Source of the DNA: Azoarcus sp.
GTDB lineage: Bacteria > Pseudomonadota > Gammaproteobacteria > Burkholderiales > Rhodocyclaceae
Reading direction: 5' to 3'
DNA: 58,378 nt
Assembly (NCBI GenBank): GCA_031285365.1
Contig: JAITWP010000104.1
Coordinates: 1 to 58,378, forward strand
Translations under genes and position numbers: made by a program
In this document: piece after piece, positions 8,780 through 17,200 of the stretch
Position numbering within the stretch: the stretch's first letter is position 1
Layout: every line of letters begins with the position of its first letter
Notes under the pieces: model-generated
Database searches by the model: none
Told to the model about the DNA's origin: nothing
The model's input: only the letters and a program-made list of their open reading frames with translations

Positions 8780-9700
8780 TCAAACAAAATCCCCGCGCAT
8801 CTTGGCCTTGGTCGCCGCGGGAAGCGCGCTGAACTCCTCGAATGACAGCGCGCCTGCGTCAGGAATTTCCTTGACCTGACCAGCCTTGTCGTTGTCCAAC
8901 CCGCTCGCGCGGGTGCTGGCGGGCTGTCGGTTGGCAGCATCAATATTCTTCGCGACCTGCTCTGTCCGCCGGTCGCCAGACTGCAACCCGGCAGCCAAGC
9001 CTTTGGCCGGCGCGCCACCGTCGCTAGCTGCGGGCATCAAGCGCCCCATGACCTTGCTCGCCGCTGCCTCCAGCGCGCGCGAGGGCGACATATGCTCGCG
9101 CATCACAAGGTCGCGCTGCGTCGCCAACACCAGATCAACAGCATCCTGATCGTACTCCTCCGCGCCCTCGCGCAGCATGGGATACTGTCCTTCCATCTTC
9201 TCGATGGTCAGCTCCATACGCATCTCTTCACGCGCCGCGCCACGCGCCTCGTTACTCAGCCGGTCGCTCTCGGCGGTCACAAGCTGGCGCTCCTTCTGCC
9301 GCAGCTCGCGCGACAAGCGCAGCGCCTCTTCCTTCTTGCCGTCTAGCCGCGCATCCTCCAGCTTCTCCTCAAGCGCGCCAATCTCCTTCTCCAGCGCGTC
9401 AAGGCTGACTGAGCGGGCGCGCTCGTTTACCTGCCTCTCAAGCTCAGCCGCGCGGCGCTCTGCCGCCTCACGCGCAGCACGTTCCTTGCCAACACGCTCG
9501 TCGAACGCCGCCTTAGGGATGAAACGCCCTTTGTCGTCGCGGAGAGGCTCTCCCTCGCCGCTTTTATCACTACCGGCTCCGGCCTCCGTTCCTTCCTTGC
9601 CCGCCGCGCCTGCGGCCTCCAGCTCTTCCTTCGTGACCTCCGGGGGGGTGTCAGTCTTGGTCTCCAGCTCGTCGCCTCGATTAATAATCTCGTCAGCCAC
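8780..9700 (-). CDS. Putative capsid scaffolding protein
   Basis: 306 aa, charged coiled-coil, RDDKGRFIPK motif, between portal and major capsid. Confidence 0.75.
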   Translation of the reverse strand: MADEIINRGDELETKTDTPPEVTKEELEAAGAAGKEGTEAGAGSDKSGEGEPLRDDKGRFIPKAAFDERVGKERAAREAAERRAAELERQVNERARSVSLDALEKEIGALEEKLEDARLDGKKEEALRLSRELRQKERQLVTAESDRLSNEARGAAREEMRMELTIEKMEGQYPMLREGAEEYDQDAVDLVLATQRDLVMREHMSPSRALEAAASKVMGRLMPAASDGGAPAKGLAAGLQSGDRRTEQVAKNIDAANRQPASTRASGLDNDKAGQVKEIPDAGALSFEEFSALPAATKAKMRGDFV

Positions 9701-9727
9701 TGTGTACTCTCCTGTGCGTGTAAAAAA

Positions 9728-11935
9728 TCAGTGTGTCGCAGGCATCGCCGGTGCATGTGGTGTCGCGGGCGTTGCCGGTGTGCGCGGTGTGCGCGGCGTC
9801 TCAGGCGCCTGCGGCTGCTCGGACTGCTTCGCCGCCATAGCTGCCTGCTGCCGCTTCATGAGGACGTTGCTCGCGTGCTCCTCGCGCTTCATCTGCATGT
9901 TGTGCGCCATCTCCTCGCGTTTCATGGCGATGTTCGCCTCCAGCTCGCGCGTCCTGAGCGCGTGCTCGCGGTTCATCTTCTCCACCTCGCGCTGGTGCTC
10001 CATCTCCGCCTTGGCACGCTCGGTCTGCTGCTGTGCCTGCGCCGCCGCGCCGGGGTCTGCCTGAAGCTCCGCTGCCTCTTTCTGCGCGCGCACCATCTTG
10101 AGCTGGCTGTCGGCGCGCTGCGCCTCGGCCTCGCCCTCGGTCTTGGCAATCTCCGCCTGCTGCGCGCGCACCTGCAACTCTGCCTGCTGCTGCGCCTCCG
10201 GCGACTCCTGCTGGCTCTGCATCTGCTTCACAATCTCCGCGCGACGCGCGAGGCGACTGTTCTCAATCAGCACGTTGTCAGGTATGGCAACGCCGATCTC
10301 GCGCAGCGCACGGGCTTGCTCGAACTGCGAATCTTCAAGCGTCGCGCGATACGGCGTGCTTGTAATCGTGATGTTGTACTCACCGAGCGTGAGGTCGTTC
10401 AATATCTCTCCCGTCTCCGGGTTCTGCTGGTTCACCTCAATCTGCTCAGGCTCCTTCAGCAAGTCGTCGTGTGTGATGTGGATGATGCGCGGCTCGGTGT
10501 AGAACGCCTGCACGAGGTCAAGCACGTTACGCGCAAGCAGATAGTCAGTGCGCTCAAGGTTGTCCTGCATCTTGGCGAGGTTCACAGAGCCGCGCTGCTG
10601 CTTGTAGGCAATGGCCTTGGCAGCCACGTCCGCGCGGTCGAAGCCCTGCATACTGTCGGACACCGACGAGATTGTCTTGATGTGGTCTTCCGCCTTGTAG
10701 CTGATGCGGTCAAGCCCCTGCGGTGTCTGGTTGGGCGCGATCTTCTCAGCGGAGTTCACATCATCCAGCTCAAGCACCAGCCCGGTCGTCGCGCCGACAT
10801 CCTCCAAGTCCTCCACGGACATGTTACGCAGCGCCCCGGCCTTGATCTTCCAGCCGCTGTTGGCTGTGGTGTTGACCACATGCAGCTCCTGACTCGTGAC
10901 CTTGTTCAGCACCTCCTGCGGGCCGAGCAGATTCTCCACAATGCCGACCGTCGTGCCATGCCGGAAGTACGGAAAGAAAGGAACCACCGTGAAATGCTTG
11001 TAAGGACTCCAGTCGTCGTGCAGCACCACATTGTCCGCCGTCACTGTCCAGCGCACACGCTTCACGAGCTTCTTCGTCGTGCTGATCGTGCCGCCCGCCT
11101 TCTCCAGCACGGCGGCGATCTTGTCACGCCCCCAGCCCTCGGGCACAGGGCGCATGTCGCCCGTCTCCACGTCAACGAAGTGAAGCTGCTTGTCGAGCAG
11201 ATGATACTGCCGGTCAAGCACGCGGACGTTCCGACGCACTGCGTTAGGGTCTATGATGCCGAAATAACTGTTGTTAAAGCCCGGCCCGTCGAACCTGTCA
11301 CGCACCACCTCGATACTGTCGTAGGCGTAAGGGAACAAGCTCGCCGCGCGATCCTTCAAAAGCTCGGCGTCGGCCTCGTTGTACAGCACGGCGATGTCCT
11401 GCGGCGTGAGCCACTTGGTCACAATCACATCGTTCCAAGCGTCGGGGTCATACTCCTCAGCATCAGGGTCAATAATCACATTCTTGCTGTTTAGCGTGGT
11501 GATGCGAACCTCGCCCGTCATGCTGTCGCTGAAGTCCATACGCACATCGTAGAACCCGCGCGAGCGGATGATGCCATCGTCAAACACCTCGGAGCGCACC
11601 CACGGAAGCTGGTTGTTCTGCACAATCTGCATCCACACCTTCGTCAGCGCCTCGGCAGTCTCTGCCGACGCACCGTTGGACGGGCGGAATATCACCTCGG
11701 AGCGGTTCGTAATCTGCTCTCCCATCACCGTGGAGAGCGTGGAGAGAATCTTGTTGATGGTGATGGCCGGGCGGCGCTGGAGGTTCAGCCGGTTAAGGTC
11801 ACTCATCTCCCACTGGTCGCCCGCGAAAAACTTGTCGCAGCGGTCAGCCTTCTGGAGGAACTTGTAATGCCCCCTGTCCGCCATGAAGCGGTACCGGAAA
11901 AACTGTTCCTGCGCGAGATGTTCGTTGACGGGCAT
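9728..11935 (-). CDS. Portal protein
   Basis: 735 aa; FFAGDQW, RPAITINKI, IDPDA.EYDPD.W, PFFPYF, long C-terminal coiled-coil as in P22/N4-type portals. Confidence 0.9.
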   Translation of the reverse strand: MPVNEHLAQEQFFRYRFMADRGHYKFLQKADRCDKFFAGDQWEMSDLNRLNLQRRPAITINKILSTLSTVMGEQITNRSEVIFRPSNGASAETAEALTKVWMQIVQNNQLPWVRSEVFDDGIIRSRGFYDVRMDFSDSMTGEVRITTLNSKNVIIDPDAEEYDPDAWNDVIVTKWLTPQDIAVLYNEADAELLKDRAASLFPYAYDSIEVVRDRFDGPGFNNSYFGIIDPNAVRRNVRVLDRQYHLLDKQLHFVDVETGDMRPVPEGWGRDKIAAVLEKAGGTISTTKKLVKRVRWTVTADNVVLHDDWSPYKHFTVVPFFPYFRHGTTVGIVENLLGPQEVLNKVTSQELHVVNTTANSGWKIKAGALRNMSVEDLEDVGATTGLVLELDDVNSAEKIAPNQTPQGLDRISYKAEDHIKTISSVSDSMQGFDRADVAAKAIAYKQQRGSVNLAKMQDNLERTDYLLARNVLDLVQAFYTEPRIIHITHDDLLKEPEQIEVNQQNPETGEILNDLTLGEYNITITSTPYRATLEDSQFEQARALREIGVAIPDNVLIENSRLARRAEIVKQMQSQQESPEAQQQAELQVRAQQAEIAKTEGEAEAQRADSQLKMVRAQKEAAELQADPGAAAQAQQQTERAKAEMEHQREVEKMNREHALRTRELEANIAMKREEMAHNMQMKREEHASNVLMKRQQAAMAAKQSEQPQAPETPRTPRTPATPATPHAPAMPATH

Positions 11936-11944
11936 GGGCGTGGC

Positions 11945-12319
11945 TTAACGTAAAAATTTCAGCTTGTACTGGGTCTCGCGCACCAGCGCGACAACCTCGT
12001 CTATCTGGTTCTGGAGGTGCGTGTCGCCGGGCGCCCCGCACTCGGAGCGATGCTCGGCGAACCACGATACAAGCGCGGTGAACAGCGCGTCAGGCGTGTC
12101 GTGCGGCGTGTATTTGGCAGGGAACTCCGGGATAAGGCCGTACTGCCCTTGAAACGACTCGGCCAGTCCGTCGGCCAGAGGAACAACAGCATCGTAGAAA
12201 TCGTTGAGCGCCTTGTGCATGGCGTAAGAGCGTGTCTGCAAGTGCAGAACGTGCGCGTTCGTGCGCGCGTGGAACAGCAACATGACAAGTTGCCCCATCG
12301 CAGTGCTTGAACCAGCCAT
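11945..12319 (-). CDS. Ferritin/Dps-like protein (DUF5856-like)
   Basis: AHVLHLQTRSYAMHKALNDFYD...LADGLAESFQG and LQNQIDE...TQYKL. Confidence 0.7.
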   Translation of the reverse strand: MAGSSTAMGQLVMLLFHARTNAHVLHLQTRSYAMHKALNDFYDAVVPLADGLAESFQGQYGLIPEFPAKYTPHDTPDALFTALVSWFAEHRSECGAPGDTHLQNQIDEVVALVRETQYKLKFLR

Positions 12320-12345
12320 GACAGCCCTCCGGGAAAGTTTGTCAG

Positions 12346-12373
12346 ATTATGACAGACTACGTTAGAGTGTCAA
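12346..12373 (-). promoter_or_regulatory. Sigma70-type promoter for the Dps-like/portal operon
   Basis: Minus strand TTGACA-16 bp-CATAAT with extended -10 TG; spacer holds GACTACGTTAGA. Confidence 0.7.
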
Positions 12374-12424
12374 GGGCAACCACCATATCTTGTGGCGCGA
12401 ATAAGGGCAGGGTACTATGCAAGA

Positions 12425-12727
12425 GTGAAAATACTCGCTGTGATACTCCTGCTGCTGCTCCCTCCCCCCGCGCTCGCAGACGAGGGCATGTGCCCCCGCG
12501 CAGGTGTCGTGCAGCGCGACAAGAACGGCAAAATCCTCCGCAGCCACGATGCCAAGCGGGCGTTCAAACAACTCCACCCATGCCCCTCCACCGGCAAGAC
12601 CAAAGGCTCCTGCCCAGGCTATGTGATAGACCATATCGTCCCGCTCAAGCGCGGCGGCGCGGACATGCCGTGCAACATGCAGTGGCAGACTGTCAGGGAG
12701 GCCAAAGCCAAAGACAAGTGGGAGTAG
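12425..12727 (+). CDS. HNH endonuclease-like protein with signal peptide
   Basis: GTG start, MKILAVILLLLLPPPALA leader; CPGYVIDHIVPLKRGGADMPCNMQWQT. Confidence 0.8.
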   Translation: MKILAVILLLLLPPPALADEGMCPRAGVVQRDKNGKILRSHDAKRAFKQLHPCPSTGKTKGSCPGYVIDHIVPLKRGGADMPCNMQWQTVREAKAKDKWE

Positions 12728-12754
12728 CGCCTGCGCTCGCAGGTTTTTGAGCGG

Positions 12755-14542
12755 TTACGCCGCCATATGCCCGCCTGAACCCTGCCCGAGGTAGCGCAGC
12801 TTGTCGCGCCAGCTCTTAGCCACCGGCGCGTCTGTGACCTTAGGCGCGGAACGGCTCAGCGTGAGCCGTATAGCCCACGCAAGCGCGTCCACCTGGTCAT
12901 CGTGCTTCCCACCCGCGTTGAATCGCAGAAACTCAGTGCGTAGCTCGTCGTACCACTCGGCACGCTCCGGGAACCACACCTTGCCGCTCTGCATACGCCC
13001 CCTGAGTGGCTGCGCGCGCACCAGCTTGTCAGTAAACGGCTTAAGCACCTCGTGGGCTGGGTAGAACCGCTTCTCCTCGCACACACGGTGGAACGTGCTC
13101 TCCAGCGCCTTCCATATCTGTCCGTCCTCCACGCCCACCAGCACCGGGTTCCAGTGCCGCGCGTACTCCACTACCGTGCTCATCACGTCTATGCCATCGC
13201 CAGAGCGGAAGCGCGTCACGTCGAGGACGTAGATATTGTCGTGCGCGTCTTGCAGCACGGTGCAGCCCACCGTCCAGTCGTTCTGCTCGCCCTCGGTGAT
13301 GGCAAAGTCCCACGCTTGGTAGATGTTGGCCTGATGGCGCTGCGGCTCGTGCTCGTAGGTGCGGAACATGCGGCGCGTAAAGTACGCGCCTTCCTCGGGC
13401 GTCGGATTCTGCTGGTAGAGCGCCGACCACCAGCGCTGCTGACCAAGCGCGTAGTACGTCGCCTTGCGCCGCAGCAGCGCATCCAGCGTGTATCGCTCCG
13501 GGTGCAGTGCTGTTTTGAAAGGCCGCGTCATGCGCGATCCCTCGGGGATCTCCGAGCCGGGCGGTAGCTGGATGATGTTGTCATCAGGCAGCAGATACTC
13601 GTCGCCTTGATCGTTGATCGCCGGGTATTTCACGATCTCGAACATGTCGCCGTCACCAGTCCGCATGGACTGCTGCACACGCCCCGCCCAATCGTCCTCA
13701 TTCCACCAGGTCATGATGCCCAGCACACCGCCGCCAGGCGCCAGCCGCGTATAAGCGGTGGACACATACCACTCCCACACCCCATCGCGCTGCTGCTGGC
13801 TATCCGCCGCCTCCGCGTCGCGCACAGGGTCGTCAATCAGCAAAATATGGGCGCCGCGGCCTGTAATCATGGTGCCGATACCGGCGGCAAGATACCCCCC
13901 ACCCGACGTAGTACCCCAGTTTTCAACGGCCTGAGAACCGGGGTCGAGCCGCATACCGGAAAAAACAGCGTGGTACGACGGGTCTCGCACCAAATCACGG
14001 ATATAGCGCGAAAAACTCAGCGCGAGGCTCTGCGCGCCGGACGCAGCGATAAATTCCCAGTCGGGAAACTGCCCCAACACCCAAGGCGCGAAGTGCCGCG
14101 AGGCAATTTCCGACTTTCCATGCCGCACCGGCATCATGAGCAGCAATCTCGGCTCTTTGCCCGCCGCCACGTCGCGCACAAAACGCTCCAACCGGCGGCA
14201 AATATCCATATGTACCCACCCGGCCATGTATTTCGGCTTAAACCGCTTGATGAAGTGCAGCAACGAGCGTCGCGCAAGCACCCGCGCAGCCATTTCCTGC
14301 ACTGTGGGCGAGTTGTAGTCAATTTCAACAGCGGGGAAGGTGTTCAGTTCGTCCTGGGAGGGGTCGCCTTGGGAGGGGTCGCCTGACGCGACGAAACCAA
14401 GCGCGTCGAGCGTCGGGGTAGGCGCAGGGACAGGCGTGTTTAGAGATCGGCACAACCCGCAACGCTCGTCTGCGGCGATATATGAGCTTCGATCACGCTC
14501 AATGCCGCAGGCCGGACAGGTCTTCTGTTTTGGCGAAGCCAT
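12755..14542 (-). CDS. terL: Terminase large subunit
   Basis: MPVRHGKS Walker A, ITGRGAHILLIDDP Walker B, AWDFA and HDDQVDA nuclease motifs; N-terminal CxxC..CxxC. Confidence 0.95.
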   Translation of the reverse strand: MASPKQKTCPACGIERDRSSYIAADERCGLCRSLNTPVPAPTPTLDALGFVASGDPSQGDPSQDELNTFPAVEIDYNSPTVQEMAARVLARRSLLHFIKRFKPKYMAGWVHMDICRRLERFVRDVAAGKEPRLLLMMPVRHGKSEIASRHFAPWVLGQFPDWEFIAASGAQSLALSFSRYIRDLVRDPSYHAVFSGMRLDPGSQAVENWGTTSGGGYLAAGIGTMITGRGAHILLIDDPVRDAEAADSQQQRDGVWEWYVSTAYTRLAPGGGVLGIMTWWNEDDWAGRVQQSMRTGDGDMFEIVKYPAINDQGDEYLLPDDNIIQLPPGSEIPEGSRMTRPFKTALHPERYTLDALLRRKATYYALGQQRWWSALYQQNPTPEEGAYFTRRMFRTYEHEPQRHQANIYQAWDFAITEGEQNDWTVGCTVLQDAHDNIYVLDVTRFRSGDGIDVMSTVVEYARHWNPVLVGVEDGQIWKALESTFHRVCEEKRFYPAHEVLKPFTDKLVRAQPLRGRMQSGKVWFPERAEWYDELRTEFLRFNAGGKHDDQVDALAWAIRLTLSRSAPKVTDAPVAKSWRDKLRYLGQGSGGHMAA

Positions 14543-15054
14543 CAGGTATCGGGCAGGGCGTTGGGAGCGGGCAGGGAGGCAGGGGAGGGCGGTTCCGCGT
14601 TTACCACGCGCGCGCCAGCCGCGATGGCGAGAAGTTCCTCGTCGCTCAGAGCTTCGAGCTTCGAGCGAATACGTCCCTGCGTGAGCGTCAGCTTCATTTC
14701 CTTCACCTCTGGCGCGTAGTGCCCAAGCATTTTTCCAATCTCCGCCCAGCCACGAATCATGTTGCCCGCGTCACTCATGAGCTTGGCGACACGAATGCCG
14801 TCAATAAAGCCCTCAATCACATCCAGCCGCCGCAACAAGGTCAGGTCGGTCAGCTCCTTGCGGGCGCGCGCAATCTCCTGCTGCACCGCTTCGGACTTCA
14901 TCACGGACGCCCCGGCGGATTGGTCAGAATATCCGGCGGCGACAGCAGCGGCGCTCGGAGTTTTCCCCTCCATGACGGAATCAACGAACGCCGCCTGACG
15001 AGCCGTGAGCTTGGCAGGAGGTTCGTCGAGCACTGCTGATTGCGCGTGGGGCAT
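14542..15054 (-). CDS. terS: Terminase small subunit
   Basis: LTARQAAFV...AAVAAGYS HTH signature; coupled to terL. Confidence 0.85.
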   Translation of the reverse strand: MPHAQSAVLDEPPAKLTARQAAFVDSVMEGKTPSAAAVAAGYSDQSAGASVMKSEAVQQEIARARKELTDLTLLRRLDVIEGFIDGIRVAKLMSDAGNMIRGWAEIGKMLGHYAPEVKEMKLTLTQGRIRSKLEALSDEELLAIAAGARVVNAEPPSPASLPAPNALPDT

Positions 15055-15084
15055 GTGGTGAGACTTCGTTAGAAAATGTTAGAA

Positions 15085-15112
15085 ATTATAGCGGGGTTTC
15101 GTGTTTTGTGAA
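15085..15112 (-). promoter_or_regulatory. Sigma70-type promoter for terS/terL
   Basis: Minus strand TTCACA-16 bp-TATAAT followed by two TCTAAC boxes. Confidence 0.6.
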
Positions 15113-15343
15113 GGCCGGGGGTAGTTCGGATTTCTTGGCGCGAAGTTGGAAAGGGGGTCTGGGCTGGTGGGTACGGAGGTAAGGGCTACGAACTACGAAC
15201 TGGGAGATTCGTGCGAAAAACGTCGCGCGACGTTCTATCCCCTTCCCACAAAAAGACGTACCCACTTCGGATTCGGGTTCAGCTTCACAGAAAGAGGGTC
15301 CCTTGTGCCTGGGCTAGGCACTCAACTTGAAGGAGTAGTCATC

Positions 15344-15514
15344 ATGCAACAAAACAAAGCAGCAGCAAACGGTCAAGTCGCTGGCGAGTACACACAGAAA
15401 GCAGCCATCGCTACCAAAAACGCAGCAGTCCTCACCACCAAAGTCACCACCAGCTTCCTCGGTGGATTCTGGAAAGGACTCACCACCAAGCAACAGCAAC
15501 AGCAACAACAGTAA
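15344..15514 (+). CDS. Small protein with poly-Gln tail (56 aa)
   Basis: AAGGAG RBS; MQQNKAAANG...FLGGFWKGLTTKQQQQQQQ. Confidence 0.75.
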   Translation: MQQNKAAANGQVAGEYTQKAAIATKNAAVLTTKVTTSFLGGFWKGLTTKQQQQQQQ

Positions 15515-15546
15515 CACCAACCTCAACCACTCAAAGGAGTAATGAA

Positions 15547-15621
15547 ATGGAAATCAAAGTAACTGATCTGATCGTAGCCACAATCGTCGTACTCGCAACA
15601 CTCTCACTTATCCTCATCTAA
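15547..15621 (+). CDS. 24-aa hydrophobic micropeptide
   Basis: AAGGAG RBS; MEIKVTDLIVATIVVLATLSLILI. Confidence 0.65.
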   Translation: MEIKVTDLIVATIVVLATLSLILI

Positions 15622-15632
15622 GGAGCAATGAA

Positions 15633-15791
15633 ATGAAACTCAACATCAGCATCAAGAACCTCAAAACAGAGACCATCCAAATCGAAGCAACAGACCTCAC
15701 TGTGGAGTACACCACGGAAGAACTGATCCAGATGTACAAGGCAGCACCCGAGCTTGTCCAGCTCATGCTTGCCGCCATGCAACAACAGTAA
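15633..15791 (+). CDS. 52-aa hypothetical protein
   Basis: TAAGGAG junction; MKLNISIKNLKTETIQIEATDLTVEYTTEELIQMYKAAPELVQLMLAAMQQQ. Confidence 0.7.
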   Translation: MKLNISIKNLKTETIQIEATDLTVEYTTEELIQMYKAAPELVQLMLAAMQQQ

Positions 15792-15823
15792 CACCAACCT
15801 CAACCAACTTAAGGAGTAATCAA

Positions 15824-15964
15824 ATGGTCGTCATCGAATCAACCAATGCAGCAACTGGCGAAGTCAACATCGCCATATTCAACTGCGCGGAAGGCGTCAG
15901 GCTCTACGCGCAAATGCAAAAGCTCTGTGACCCCCGCGTCACACTCACACTCACCTACATCTAA
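15824..15964 (+). CDS. 46-aa hypothetical protein
   Basis: TAAGGAG RBS; MVVIESTNAATGEVNIAIFNC...LTYI. Confidence 0.7.
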   Translation: MVVIESTNAATGEVNIAIFNCAEGVRLYAQMQKLCDPRVTLTLTYI

Positions 15965-15973
15965 GGAGGCCAA

Positions 15974-16051
15974 ATGGAAACAGTCAAAGACATCGCAGCA
16001 ACGCTCGTCGTGTACAGCCTGTTGTACATGTTTTTCTACATCACGCACTAA
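15974..16051 (+). CDS. 25-aa hydrophobic micropeptide
   Basis: TAAGGAGG junction; METVKDIAATLVVYSLLYMFFYITH. Confidence 0.65.
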   Translation: METVKDIAATLVVYSLLYMFFYITH

Positions 16052-16060
16052 GGAGCAATC

Positions 16061-16153
16061 ATGAAACACACCTACCACAGATGCAAAGTCTGTCGTGGCT
16101 GGCACATCGGCAGCCGAGTTTGTCATCCGAAACTCTGGAGGCAAGCACGATGA
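16061..16153 (+). CDS. 30-aa peptide with CxxCxxxH
   Basis: TAAGGAG junction; MKHTYHRCKVCRGWHIGSRVCHPKLWRQAR. Confidence 0.65.
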   Translation: MKHTYHRCKVCRGWHIGSRVCHPKLWRQAR

Positions 16154-16260
16154 CTTTAATACCACTGACTGACTGGGAACTGGCCGCGTACATCGCGGCC
16201 AGTTTTTTGGGCATCGTACTCGTAGCACTCGACGCCATCAACCAACGGAAAGGACATTGA
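16150..16260 (+). CDS. 36-aa membrane peptide
   Basis: GGAGG RBS, ATGA overlap; MTLIPLTDWELAAYIAASFLGIVLVALDAINQRKGH. Confidence 0.6.
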   Translation: MTLIPLTDWELAAYIAASFLGIVLVALDAINQRKGH

Positions 16261-16261
16261 A

Positions 16262-16579
16262 ATGCTGATAGAACCACCCTCGTGCTGGCTGTGTGGAGGA
16301 AAGACCACATACAAGCCGGTAAAAATCTTGACATGCGTCTCGCTGCTAACCGAGACATTCGAGCACATAAGCTGGGCGTTTATACCGCACTGCGAGCGCT
16401 GCGGCGAGACCTCCTCCGACGATATGCGCGGGGGCTACGAGACCGCCGCCTTGGAAATGGCGTTCAACTACTGGGGCGTATCGCCGGATCTTCCCCGTAA
16501 CAAAGCGCTGTGCAAGCAGCTCGGAAGCTACGCACCTAACACAACAGCAGCTCGCACTCAGTTTTTTCGCTTCATCTAG
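16262..16579 (+). CDS. Zinc-ribbon hypothetical protein
   Basis: CWLCGG and CERCG pairs; AAGGA RBS. Confidence 0.7.
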   Translation: MLIEPPSCWLCGGKTTYKPVKILTCVSLLTETFEHISWAFIPHCERCGETSSDDMRGGYETAALEMAFNYWGVSPDLPRNKALCKQLGSYAPNTTAARTQFFRFI

Positions 16580-16608
16580 CCGCACCACCAACCAAAGGAG
16601 AAGTAATC

Positions 16609-16842
16609 ATGTTCGGACTCACCCACCTCGACGCCATGCCCGTAATTTACGGCGTCATCATGTTCCTCGGACTCTGGAGCATGTGGCACAAACTCGTGAC
16701 GCTCAACATCCGAGGCTTCATCATCGAAGCCAGCGTCTTCACCCTCGTATTCTGGCTGCACGGCGGATCAATGACAGGCGGCTTCACCGCCATGATCGCC
16801 GCGCTCCTGTTCGGCACATTCTTTGGCCGCGCCAAAGCTTGA
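16609..16842 (+). CDS. Small membrane protein
   Basis: 77 aa, three hydrophobic segments, strong RBS. Confidence 0.75.
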   Translation: MFGLTHLDAMPVIYGVIMFLGLWSMWHKLVTLNIRGFIIEASVFTLVFWLHGGSMTGGFTAMIAALLFGTFFGRAKA

Positions 16843-16860
16843 AGCACGCAGCACCAACCC

Positions 16861-16881
16861 GCCGCTCATCGCGGCTTTTTT
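16861..16881 (+). terminator. Putative terminator
   Basis: GCCGC-TCATC-GCGGC-TTTTTT. Confidence 0.55.
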
Positions 16882-16908
16882 GTTTCACCAACCAAAGGAG
16901 AAGTAATC

Positions 16909-17091
16909 ATGGACGACCCTCGTCAAATAGAAGTCACGCACTACGAGCGCCTTGAAGACGTGTTCGCCACGTTCGATGGCAACCCTGAGTCCATCCTCAT
17001 GCACGAGCAAGGGGATAACACAGACGAAGACGAAAGTTTTTGGCTGGCAGGAAAGGCGGTGAGCAAAGCCCACCGCCTTGACGATGAGTAA
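16909..17091 (+). CDS. Acidic hypothetical protein
   Basis: 60 aa, strong RBS. Confidence 0.7.
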   Translation: MDDPRQIEVTHYERLEDVFATFDGNPESILMHEQGDNTDEDESFWLAGKAVSKAHRLDDE

Positions 17092-17200
17092 CCTCATTGT
17101 CAAACGCGCTGTTCTGTTCACGCAGAACAGCGCGCGCAGTACCCCGCACGGAATTTCTCCGCGCGGCAATGTTTCATATTTCCTAGAAAGGAAACGCATC

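Larger units (their letters stand above)
15502..15806 (+). repeat. 28-bp direct repeat GCAACAACAGTAACACCAACCTCAACCA at 15502 and 15779
   Basis: Exact copies, each followed by a similar AAGGAGTAAT.AAATGG initiation region. Confidence 0.9.
16586..16911 (+). repeat. 26-bp direct repeat CACCAACCAAAGGAGAAGTAATCATG at 16586 and 16886
   Basis: Exact copies 300 bp apart, each ending in a start codon. Confidence 0.9.

Noticed and set aside
9731..9800. PxT repeats at the portal C-terminus (also GDPSQ twice in TerL near 14355-14385)
   Set aside because: Short in-frame low-complexity expansions in probably disordered segments
6516..11494. Long plus-strand ORFs (6516-8054, 9731-11494) and similar ones opposite ccoN, ccoG, ilvE and queA
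   Set aside because: Antisense shadows of real high-GC genes, with no recognisable motifs
15502..16911. CRISPR-like array from the 28-bp and 26-bp repeats
   Set aside because: Only two copies each, about 280-300 bp apart, containing stop, SD or start signals around ORFs
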